Part shown: positions 29,301-41,300 of the stretch, in pieces
Layout of the letters: every line of letters starts with the position of its first letter
How positions within the stretch are numbered: position 1 is the stretch's first letter
Assembly (NCBI GenBank): GCA_963924565.1
Contig: OZ004613.1
Coordinates: 21,638,001 to 21,702,000 of the forward strand
Direction of reading: 5' to 3'
Source of the DNA: Ascidiella aspersa
Lineage: Eukaryota
DNA length: 64,000 nt
Position numbers and translations under genes: made by a program
The notes under the pieces: generated by a model
The model's input: the letters and a program-made list of their open reading frames with translations, nothing else
The model's database searches: none
What the model was told of the DNA's origin: nothing

Positions 29301-32300
29301 TTGCAATGTGTTCTGCATACAGGCGTGCTCATGGTCTGTTCAAAATATTCTGATTTCCACCATAAGTTCCAGTTTTGTTTTGTGGTGTGTTACCGTGTGT
29401 TCGAGTTTGCATGTGCTTATGAGTAGCTTTTGTAGGCGCCGCATGATTTTTGCCTGGTACATTTTTAGCATGTAATAAATTGTTCTTGTTTTTTTACTTA
29501 AAAACATAACATAAAACAATTTACAGTTTACAGTAGGAATGTGGCACTTGTAAACAGTACTCCCTGTATTTGTTTTTATTGTATTAAGATTAGTTGTTTG
29601 CCATAAGCTCATCCAGAACCTATGTTACTTTTAAAAAGTTTTTTTTTTCTTTATTAAAAAACACAAAATTCTTTATTTATAACGTTGTATAGTATAACCG
29701 TGCCACATTCGTGACTGGTAAAAGTTTGAATAATTAATAAACAAATAATTTACAATTTAAAAATGCCGACAACCACGCAGCCCAATGTTTGTTTGGTAAA
29801 AAAAACAAAAACATTTTAATTGTATAACAAAACGGTAAATATTGAAATTTGGCTCTGAATTGCAGCATTTTGGCGTTGCTTGGCATTGTGTCGCTTGTGG
29901 CTGTCGAAAGGTGTTGAACTTGTTGTAACAAAAAAATAATGATAAACGTAACTTTGTGCACTTGGTGACATGTTAACCGACAGTCGTCTAACCATCTGCA
30001 TGTTGTTTTTTCTTTCCCTCCGCATTGCCTCACCAACCAACCAACCAACAAATACACATACACCCTAAAAAACAAACACTCACGCCCACCCTCACTTCTG
30101 TCGCATACACAACGTCCTGTCAATCACGCGCCCATATTTACCTGTGTATGACTGAAACCCCACGCACGAATCCCTCGTCTACATCTGCATTGCCCTGTAA
30201 ACATCCCATTTCTGTTTTCGCCACTTGGTTTTGCCGCTCATTGCTCTTGCGCCGTCGTTCAATTTTTTTTTTTTTTACCCCACCTTAAACAAAAAAACGT
30301 GACAACTCTTTATTCGTTTCAAATTTTCGCGATAAACGTTCTCGATTTTTATCGAACGTGACGACTTCCGAAATGCCACCGCGCCATTAACCCCTGGCAA
30401 AACGTTGAACGTCGAAACGTGTTGCATTTTCTTTTGCGTAACCTTTTGTAAACACACACTTGACTTTTAAATAAAATTTCCTTTAATAACGCAAAAACTG
30501 CCATTTCAAAAATTCCACCGTGCTTATAAATATTTATATTTTTTCTGTGTAAAATTTAATTATCCATGATATCCACAATCCATTTTCCCATTATATGTAA
30601 AAATAAAAATCACTTGCCCTAATACTCGTTAAAACTAAAACCAACCACACACGAAAAACCTCAAAAAAAAAAAAAAAAAAATCCCCAATCGCATAAATAC
30701 GATACTTCAACACCCACCAAACAATAAATAACACCGAACACTCAAAAACACCTATTCACCACCTCCACAAAACCACCCATCATACAACAAAACCAAAACA
30801 GTGGGGGAGAGGGTCAGATGAGCGTCGACGATTCGTTCCTGGCGCCGAGTTCGGCCCGGGCACGCCTGGCGCCGGGCTCTTTCGCCACCGTGGACGGCCC
30901 CAGGTCCTTCAGGCAGAGTGCCACCTTGAGCCTGAGCAATCCGGACCTGCTTGATCCGGCTGCGCTCGAAATCGGAATGGTGCAAGGTAAAGCAAGGCGC
31001 TGTTCGCGCGGACGAAAATCTCCAACGTTTCTTTGTGGAAGGGAATTTTTTTTTTGTTTTTTTGAGTATTTTTATGCTTTTTGGTGCCAAAAAGCTGCGA
31101 GCAACGATTATCTCAGCTTTTATCTATTGGGGACCCAAGAAATTATAATTCGTTGTTGTTACAACGGTCAATCAATAACCGTCCTATGAGACTGCTATAA
31201 TAAAGGTTGTTCAGTAAAGTGTACAGGGTTGTACAAGGCTTTTTGAAATGTCTTGTAAATCTATCTGTGTTATACAAAAAGTTATGTTTTGCCTGTTCTG
31301 GGTTGTTGGGGCTGATTCTCAAAACACCAGAACTTTTAGCAAATCGACTTTTCATGTCTGTGTTGCCCCAAAATTGTATTGTGTATTCCCCTAAAAAAAT
31401 ATAATATTTAGAGCCAAGTATCCTCGCTGCAGTAGGCCGCCTTTAGATCATAATGTTTGTCCCTTTTCTTCTCACTTATGCGTTGTTTTATTGTCCTTTC
31501 GCGAGACACCAAATGTACAACCCGTTTTAGTGCACGCCAATCGTCGCCTAACATTTCCAGTCCTGGTTAAGTAGGGCGTGCGAGTAAGGCTAGCCAAAGT
31601 CCTATATTCTGTAATTAGGACAAATGCCTGTACCAAGTGTTGAAATCGGTTCTTCAGATACTTTCATGATTTCCACTTGTTATCCAATCAGACTGTCTTG
31701 TTAAATATCGGGTACTGGTAAGCGGTACATAGGTCACCCCTAAAGCAGAGGCAGCCGGTTTGTCTTTACAACCCCAGCTAACAGTGGCCTTTTGCACGTT
31801 GTTGCGTTTGCAGAGGTGTCAGAGGACGTACTGAAGGTGTACCGGGCCGACCAAACGCACCGCTTCGTTTGCGTGAACCGAGACACGACCGCCGGGGATG
31901 CGGTGATCTTCGCTTGCAAGGAGTTCGGCATTATCGACGACGTCGATAACTACGCCCTGTATAGAGTAAGAGGCTCGCTTTCGATAACTACCGTTGATAT
32001 TAGCTGCCACTTGAAACACACTTTGAAAATTATGTGTTTTTTATCGAATAATGGCAATTTCTTTTAATGTTACTCAGACGCGATCTGAACAATATATGTC
32101 AAAACCGTGGTGTTTTCATGTGGAGTAGACTGACCATAAACGTTAGAGAAAGATAAGTTTTTATCGCAATCTGCAAAAAAGAGATTTAAATCTAACACCG
32201 GTCGCGAAATTTATGGCTTTTTTATTGATTGTACTTTTTATCTTCTCGGAATTGTAACGTCCATGCAAATCGCGTGTATATCGCCAGGTTCGTGTAAAAT

Positions 32301-35300
32301 GTATGCTATATGTCGTGTATATATTGCCAGGTAGACTGCTGTATTTTTGTTCTATATTTCCAAAGTAACCGACAGCTATAAAGTTGCAAAACCCTTTTTT
32401 TCCTGCTTTCATTCGCCACATTTCTTTGCAGGTTTCAGTCCAAGGCGAAAAGTTCGTCAAGCAGTCCAAGTTGCCAGATCCGCTGGCAAAACTCGCCGAC
32501 ATTCCCCTCGGTTCCAGGTTAGATTACGTACTGAGCTGTTTCGTGCATCGCTAGAGCTCACTTTTTCATTATTTTTGCAATCCACGTTTTAATAAATACT
32601 AACTGGATTCTGTTATAACTCAAAAACAAGCAGATTTACTTTAATTTGTGTAACCGTCTAATGTCGATAAGTTGGGATACTTTTGTTGACATACGCCCCC
32701 TATCTAATAAATAGCAGCTTTACCGACTCGTTCTTCTTTGAGTTTTTTTTTATCAGAAATAGAGTTTCATGTCTGAGGCAAGTTGCAATAATTTCACCAC
32801 TAGTGTTTTTTTGAATAAAGTGATTTATTTTCAACCAACTGTTACTGCTCCACCCAGGTATTACCTGAAGAACACGATGAACAGCGAGCATTTGCTGCCA
32901 GACGAAAATATCCCGGAACTCCTAAAGGAAGCCAACTGTTCTTTCCTCGATCTAAATGGCTTCGAGGTTGGTTCTTAGAATTTCGTTTTAGCTCGATTCG
33001 GTTTTGACATATTGTAGTCTTATCCATGACATTTACAAAAAAATGTTTTAATTTGACGTTTGTCGGTTTTCTCCCATAAATTAACTTTGTTTGTTTAAAT
33101 GGGTGGTGACTGGTGTTCAATGAAGTTAAAAAAATATTAAGTTTAACAATCCTTCAAAAAATAAAAGCTGCTTTTTGTGTGCCGAACGATTCATATTCGC
33201 CAACTTTTGTTTAAATATTTTGCATTTAACCTCCCCGCTTTGCTACTCATCTGCACTATGCCCTTTAAAACAACACCTGCTAATATCTAACAAGCTTTGA
33301 AAATGTCACCAGGTGGCCCTTCATCTGACGCGTCAGGATTACAAGATGTTCCAGCAGATCGAACCCACCAATTTCGTGGAGGACTTATTCCAGCTTGGAT
33401 CCGCCAACCTTAAGCAGTTTCGCGAGTTCGAAGGTATTTTTTTTCGTGACAAAAAATCAGTTGTTTCGTGTCTTGTCTGAAGGACAATCATCTCGATATA
33501 CGAATCAATTAGATGTTGGGCTTTTGTTTTGGCCTGTTGTTATTGTTTCAAAAAATGAAAAAGTCCATAGGATAGTTTTGTTTTTGATCAGTTCGTTTAG
33601 CGGTAAGAAAAAAAAAAATTGTTAATTTTTTTTCATATTTCATAAAATTTTTTTACGAACTAAAATTGAATAAACGGCGATTTTGCGTTGAATTTTTTCC
33701 CCGTCTCTCACAAAAAAACCAGACAAACAAACTGAAAGACCCGCGAATTTGTTCCGTAATTAACTGCAGCTGCCTGAAAACTAAAAACTTATGTTCGTTG
33801 CAGACCTCGTAAACCGCGAGCTCTTCTGGGTGGTTACTACCATTTGCAAGGAGCCGAACGTGATCCAACGCTCGAAGATGATCAAGCACTTCATCAAGAT
33901 CGCACACCACTGCAAGATCATCAAGAACCTGAATTCCACCTTCGCCCTCATCAGGTTAGCGGCTTGTTTTTCACGCTACTGGTTGCTTATCTTAGCCCAT
34001 CAAACGATGTTCGCCGCTTATCTTATAAAATTCGTAAAAAGTTTTTTGAGCGTAAAAATATGTCGGTCTAGCATGATTGTGCGTTTTGGCATATTTTGGC
34101 GCATCAATGCTTACGCTAGATATCACGCTTCTTACTTGTAAGGTCATATTCGTCATTCCTCATTTATAAAATTTCTACCAATAGGTTTTGTTTTCTCTTT
34201 ACAACATTATTGTAAAGTGTTGGTATAAATAAAAATAGTCAGAATATCGCCCATGCTTTTTTAATCGTAAAAAAGACTTTTGAAACAACAGCAATCTTAG
34301 TTTTGTGTGTTTTTTACCACTATCGTTTTGCCAAGTGTACGCTCTTCGACAATAACAAACAACAAACTCAGTTCACATGGAATTGTCCGTATCTCAAATG
34401 ACCTCAAAGCCTTTTTGCATTGACGTAAATTTGCCATTGGCTTTGAAGTGTAACGAAGGCCACTTATAGTAATACCTTTTCACACTTAACGCGCCTACGT
34501 AGCTAATCGCGTCTAAATAAAACTTGTCTGCGCCCAAAAGAGCGCCATTTAAAAACCGCTCCGCTGTTTTTTTAGAAAGGTTCTCCTAATATGGCGCCAC
34601 GTTATTACGCGTCTGTTTTATCACAGACTGTGCACTAATTATAACAGCGTTGACTAGACGAAGTATTTTTTCAGCAATAATCTCGATGAGCAATTGACTG
34701 ACAGCAGCCATTTCAAATATTACAATAACAACATGTGACATTGGATTTCAAATTTTGGCGGTATTTATAATTATTTAAGAAAAGTTCATAAATGTGTTTA
34801 CCATTTATAAACCCAAGTCTATTCAAACGGTAAAACAAATCGGGAAAAAAGTTAGTTATATAACTGTTAGTGCAAGGTGTTTCAAGCGATTTTTCACCAT
34901 TTTCATATTCCAGACTTGTAACTGTGAACATCAACGTTGACACGCAAGTTGTATCGTTACATTAAAAATGTGCAAACACGCTCTAATTTTTGACATCATA
35001 AGCAACACGTACGACATTTTTGCAAAACCTATGACAAAGATTCTTCTGACATGTATGATTTCACTGTCTTGTTTGGTTAGAAAGAGCGATCCGTTTCCCT
35101 ATGTGTTTTTGTTGCGTCGTGATTAATTAAAGCACTTTCAGTTCTTCATAAAGAAAATTTAATGCAAATTTATCATAGTTGATAGGCTTTTAATTACTGA
35201 CTTTGCTATGTCAATGGTTCAGAGCAGAGCCATTAAAAGCTTGCTTATATATCAAGCGTCAGCACTTGGCAACAACAATAGACCTCGGCGCAGAACCAGA

Positions 35301-38300
35301 CTCTCCAGGTTCACCACGGGTCTCTTAAAGATCCGTTTTCCTGACTTTTTGCTTAGCATTCAATAAAAAAGGAAGAAGTCTATTTGGTTTTAATGTTTCG
35401 GGCGCAGCGAAAGAAATTATTTTAAAATTTCCGCGTTAAAGTGAGACCCGAGTTTCACCCACGATGTTTGCCAACCGTTAGACAATTTACATTCAAGGAA
35501 GCGGTCCGGGCGGCCATGTGCTTCCTGGCACAGAACTTCGCGATTTGGAAAAACAAATTCTCCCATGCTTCTGTCTCGCCTCTTGTGTGTTGCGCTGCAA
35601 ATAGTGCGGTTCGCGCCGACAACATTCCGCCTGCCACACAGTTCCTAAAATAGTCACAGCTGAGGCTTAAGCCCAGCATGCGCGTTGCTGCGAACCAAAG
35701 CGATGTGCTGCAACTCCACCCACCTCTGCCCAAACCAGTTTGTGTTTTGCTGGCCTTTTATATTATACCAGATTGAGAGATCGGCATACTTTTAAACGAT
35801 ACATTTAGTTGTAAATTTTGGATTCCATTATACAAATCTTCGTTAGATATTCCACATTTCATACTTGAGTTGCTCGAGACTACAAAGTAAGGGAGAAATC
35901 AACGATTGTTTACGCTTGAAATCCTTTTTGACTGTAACCCAAATATCTTAGTTTTACGTGGGAAATAATATGTAATGTAAATATAAAGATCAGATTAAAG
36001 GAGAAACGATCCTTTTGTAATCTAATTAAAAACCCTGCAGTAGACATCGCTTTCCACGGAATTTAGTTTCGTGGGTACGTACTGGCGCCTCGTGCTCGTG
36101 TAGTTTGTAATTACACGGCTTAACCCCAGAACGGTTTGGAGGTTTATATATTATACAAGGTCTTGCTCTAGCTTCAAAACTACTCCTGGATAAACGTGTA
36201 GATGTTATCGTGTCATGATAAATAGACTGTTGAATGAAATAAAGGGAAATATCCCAATTGGAACCTTTCTCCTCTCGTGAACTACCTGTCGTCCATGTAA
36301 TATGAAAGCCAACCTTCAACTGAATATATTTCTATATTGCACAATAACTAGCAGTTGATCATTATTCGTAGACAATCAATAGTTTTTACATTTCTTTGAT
36401 TCCGAATAAGGAATATACACGATTGTATAGGAAGCGTACCGATTCGCCATAGCTTCGTTGCTTGTCCGAACATATTTCTTGCAGGCACTTTAGCCATAAG
36501 CTTTCCAATGCAACATTTTTTGTCCAGAAATTGTGGCTTGAAAAATAGCCAAAAATAACATATTAATAACAGGCAAAAACCAAAAATTATCAACCAACTA
36601 ATTCAACTAAAAAAACTCGTAATATTGTGGTCAACACCTCATTTGCATTTTTCAATGTTAACAAATTTTTAGGCTATTTTCAGCAATGAAGGATTAAATT
36701 TCGTAAGATGTGTTCACCCATAAATCCGGACTATTAGTTTCAAAATGAAATCCAGGCGCGAATTAAACATCAAAACATGCCTCGCCTTTTCGCAGTGGCC
36801 TGGGCTACCGCGCCGTGTCGCGCATGAAGCAGGCCTGGGAGAAGGTTCCTGCCAAGAGCACGCGTTTGTTCGAGGAACTGCAAGCGCTTATGGACCCGTC
36901 GCGCAACATGTCCAAGTACAGGACCCTGCTCAACGAGTACATCTCGCAGCCGCCCGTCATTCCGTACGTGCCCGTCGTCAAGAAGGACCTTACGTTTCTA
37001 CAGCTCGGTGAGTTTTCTTCTTTTCTGTCAGTTCAGGATTCCGTCGTTTCTCATTGTTTCACGTTTTTTTTTTATTGAAATTTTAGCCAGTGTTCCCTCT
37101 AACTTGCTCGATTTCAAAGTACCGCCGTACAATTTGCGCAGAATAATTGCTATTTGCTTACTGGGCTTAGCAAAAAACTTGGCCCAGTGTAGTATTATTT
37201 AAAAAGCAAAGAAACAAGGAGAATCTTTTAACGGCTTGTTTAATTTCAATTTTGTGATAACACAGCCCTAAAATATTTACGCCCACTAAAATTATGATTT
37301 TTTCAGTTTAAATACTTTAAAGGGAATGTCTTAGTTTTTACCTCTAAATCACTACATGTTATTTGCAACTTCTTTGTTACATTTGTCCATATTTATTACA
37401 AGATCGGGAACATCCAAGTATTACAGTACAGTTACTATATAAATATATATATTTAACATTTAAAGAAAGGCCTCATAGGGCCAAGTGAAATGTATTATTA
37501 CCAACCTTTGAAGCCTATATAAACGCCAACTCCGTTTGTAGCAAATATAGTAAGTGTGCCTTTTCGGACATGTGACATAGTGAAAATTAGATCGTTGTTC
37601 GAAAACAGCTTACCTCATCTTTTGCGTCAGGTTACTATAAATAGAAAGTCTGTGTTTCCCGTTTGTTTCGCCCGAAGAGGCGTATCAGCGCTGTTTTGCC
37701 GCAGTTAACACGTTGCTTTGTTTATGCGCCCTGTTATTGAATCCTACAAAGTCTATTGAACCCAATAATAATATCAAAGCCCATCATACAGAAGTAGGTA
37801 TCATTTTGAACGTTTCGAATAACTCTTTATTCGAATAACTCTTTTATTCTCTTTATTTCATTAGAGTTCATCGAAATGTTCAAAATGATACCTACTTCTG
37901 TATGGGCTTTGATATTCTTTTTACGTCTACAACTTCCAACAATTATGCTCCAAAGTCTATTGAACCCCTTTTTAACAAATAAACAATCTCATGGTTTTGC
38001 AAAACAGCGCGGAAACAAGGTTATTCCGACGTACACACTACTAGAGATTAACCTAACAAATACCACCCATTTGAAAGACCGCAAAGTACATGTAATTTAG
38101 TATGTATTAACTTAAACTGCCCAAAGCGAAAATGAATCTTTGGAGCACAATGGGTTCACCAAACTAACCTGCGGTGAGATTCGAATTCACTCTCTCCGGT
38201 CATACCGGGACCATCGCTCCACAAACTGAGTACACACTACACAGCAGTGTTGTAAACAAGTCATTTTAAATTGACTTAAGTCCCAGTCAAGTCATTTGTA

Positions 38301-41300
38301 AAACAACTAAAGTCAAAGTCAAGTGTTTTTGAATAAATAAGTCAAGTCCCAGTCCAAGTCATCAGTTGCGCAAGTCAAGTCCCAGTCAAGTCATAATTAG
38401 AGCAAGTCAACTTTAAGTCATGTCCTTGTTAAAAAATAAAATTTTAAACTATTAAAATTTTTAAATTTGTATGATTATGAGCAATAACTGAACTAAAAAA
38501 TAAGAAAAAACGCAACATATAGCAAGCAATTTGTTTTATGTGCTAAAATTTGGATAAATAGCTCAATTTTATAAAAAACATTTGAAAAAACGCTTTATTT
38601 TAACCCAAGTCATTTGTCCAAATGACTTAAGTCAAGTCAAGTAATTTGTCCGAAAGACTTAAGTCAAGTCAAGTCATTTTTCCCAAATGACTTAAGTCAA
38701 GTCAAGTCGTTTGAAAACAGTGACTTAAGTCAAGTCATTGACTTAAGTCATTACAACACTGCTACACAGGCTCCTAATGGAGCATGTCGAGAAACGCTCC
38801 ATTACCTGCTGCATCCAGTTCGTACATAAAACATATTTAAAGGGTATCAACAGCCCGAATTGAGCAACTGAAATATACACAATGTGTATTCTGTGATCAA
38901 ACCCTTCTGGGCTCGTATTGGCCAATGATAGCGGCACAGAAATTCCTGATTAGGCTGACTGATTTCGGTGAGCCTTTGTAACGTCATCCGGTGCAGAAGA
39001 AGATAACAACTGGGAAATAAATATATGTGTTGTAAATTTTTACCTATACTTCTTTATGGGCTTTGATATTCATCCTACAATAAACACACTTTCGAAATTT
39101 CAGCCTTGTAAATGTTTCCCAAATCCGTGTAATTCCAATTTCCAACAGCCTTGTAATAGTTTCCAAATCCTCGTTTTCCAGGCAACGACACTTTGGTCGA
39201 GGGTCTGATCAACTTCGAAAAGATGAGGATGATAGGGAAGGAGATCCGGAACATCTGCCGCCTCTGTGTGTCCGACTCTTCCCAGATACTGCCGAGCGCG
39301 GCTGCGTAAGTGACTTGTTGATTCATTAGTTTTGCAGCTACTCAGCTGGAATTAGATCCATAAAAGTTAACATCTCCTGGTCAATCTTTTCGTCGTCCTT
39401 TGCCGGCTTACACATTTTTATTTTAGTGCTCGTATATGTACTGTTTGGTATACCACCTTACACTGCCTATAATGTATCCTTTTCTATGGCATTGGTCAAC
39501 CCGGCTTACTAGGTGTTGTTATAAGTGCTATGCCCGCACAGCATATTATGGTGTTTTTTATCTTTTCGCCAGGTAACAATTTACGTTTTGCCACAACAAC
39601 AGAGATCTCTTTTATTTTGTATTACTCTTTGAAAATTAACACTGAAAAAAAAAAACATGGGCTCCTTTCCTTAAATTGTGAATCATTTTAAAGATTGGAA
39701 AAAATAAACTGAAAGAGATTTTTGATCACAAAATGTAAAACCAACGTTTCGAAACAAAGAATAATAAACAATAAGCCAACAAATACCAACCAAAAGCGTT
39801 GCGCCAAACCGACCAATCGTTTTGCCGCCACAGTGCCCACCAGAAGGAAATGGAGAAGGGTACGTCATCGATCTACACGACCTTGACCCGACGGGGTCGA
39901 AGGTCATCGTTCAACAACGCGCGTCGAATGTACGAAGACCAGCTGAACATCAGGCGGGTCAAGCAGTTCATGCAACAGATGGAGATCATTTCGGACGAAG
40001 ACAAGCTCATGGAGATGTCCAAGACTGTCGAGCCAGTCGTCGGTTCGTGACTTGTGATATCTTGTGACGTGAAATATTATTGTAACTTTATTTAGCTCTG
40101 CGTATACTGTAGGGCAACTTCAAAAGAGTGTGCGAGAAAAAAATTGAAACCTGTAACGAATGCGTAACTTTGACAAGACCTTTTAAAGGAAGCGGCATTC
40201 ATTTTTAACTACAATTTCAAGTAGAAACCTTGCGATGTTTTGTTTAATAATATAGGCTTACAAAGCAACAAACATCAGGCTCTTGTTCAGTTATTGTTTG
40301 CATGTGTTCTGATAAGACTTTTGAAATGCTTCTAAACAGTCCTTGCAATATTTAATGTTAAAACCCTGATAAAAAAACAGTTTTGTCAAATATTCGATGT
40401 TCTCGACACAAGCCTAAAAATTTAAACATTTGTCCGACGTAAATCGCAAATGTTTGCTAACCCGAGCAAATCTAATTTGACTTTTCACATTCAGCCAATA
40501 AACCGTCAGAGAGCCTTTCTAAAAACTAACAGCTCAAACCTTACAAGGTTTTATTAAAATAAACCACAGCTTTATATATAATCATTCCTCCGATTTCAGC
40601 ATCCAACTCGGCCGGCAACCGTCGCAAGAACCAGGGCATGGACTCGCCATCCCGTTCCTCCAAAACGCTCCCAGCAGGAGCCCGGAGCGGATCCGGAGGT
40701 TCCGGAAGCGGAACTCTTCCCGCACGAAACAACTCCGAGTCCCAGATCTCCTCCGTGCCCGTGATCGCGCTGCATCCATCCAGGAAGAAGATTCCTGTAT
40801 CATCGCTGCCAAAATTTGGTATGCTTATGTTTTATAATGTTAACATCAGGTTAATTTTTTTAACAGGTATCAATTTTATTCGACGCACATGATTAATCTT
40901 GATAGTGAATCGCAAAGCCATAAAGGTCGAGTGGATTGACATCTTCTTGATTAAGACGTTTCGATGCGAGCTTCATTTTTTTATTTATATCTTTCCTAAA
41001 TATTTTTATATAAAATGATCTCTTGTCTTTGTCTTTGTTTTAATAGTACAACTAGCAAATTTCGAGTCAAGACACTTTCTTGCTTTTCTTACCACTGCAC
41101 TTTGCATGAAAAGCACTTACTTTCTTTGCATTTCTCTCTTTTTTTCCTCCCACTCTCTTCCCAGTTGTCACTCCTCCTCCTTCTCCCACGCCCTCCTCCT
41201 CTTTAGCGCACCAATCCAAGACTCCCACGTCACGCCTATCTAACCAACCTAAACCACAAACGACACCAGAGCACCAATCGGAGACAAGCACGTTAGAACT

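Noticed and set aside
38245-38761. Regular AAGTC/GACTTAAGTCAAGTC repeats resembling a CRISPR array
   Set aside because: No constant repeat with unique spacers; bounded by TIRs and an 8-bp TSD, so it is a MITE in a eukaryotic intron.
40928-40980. Minus-strand atgaag...cgaaacgtc resembling a Penelope-type hammerhead remnant
   Set aside because: Lacks the CUGA core and a convincing stem II.
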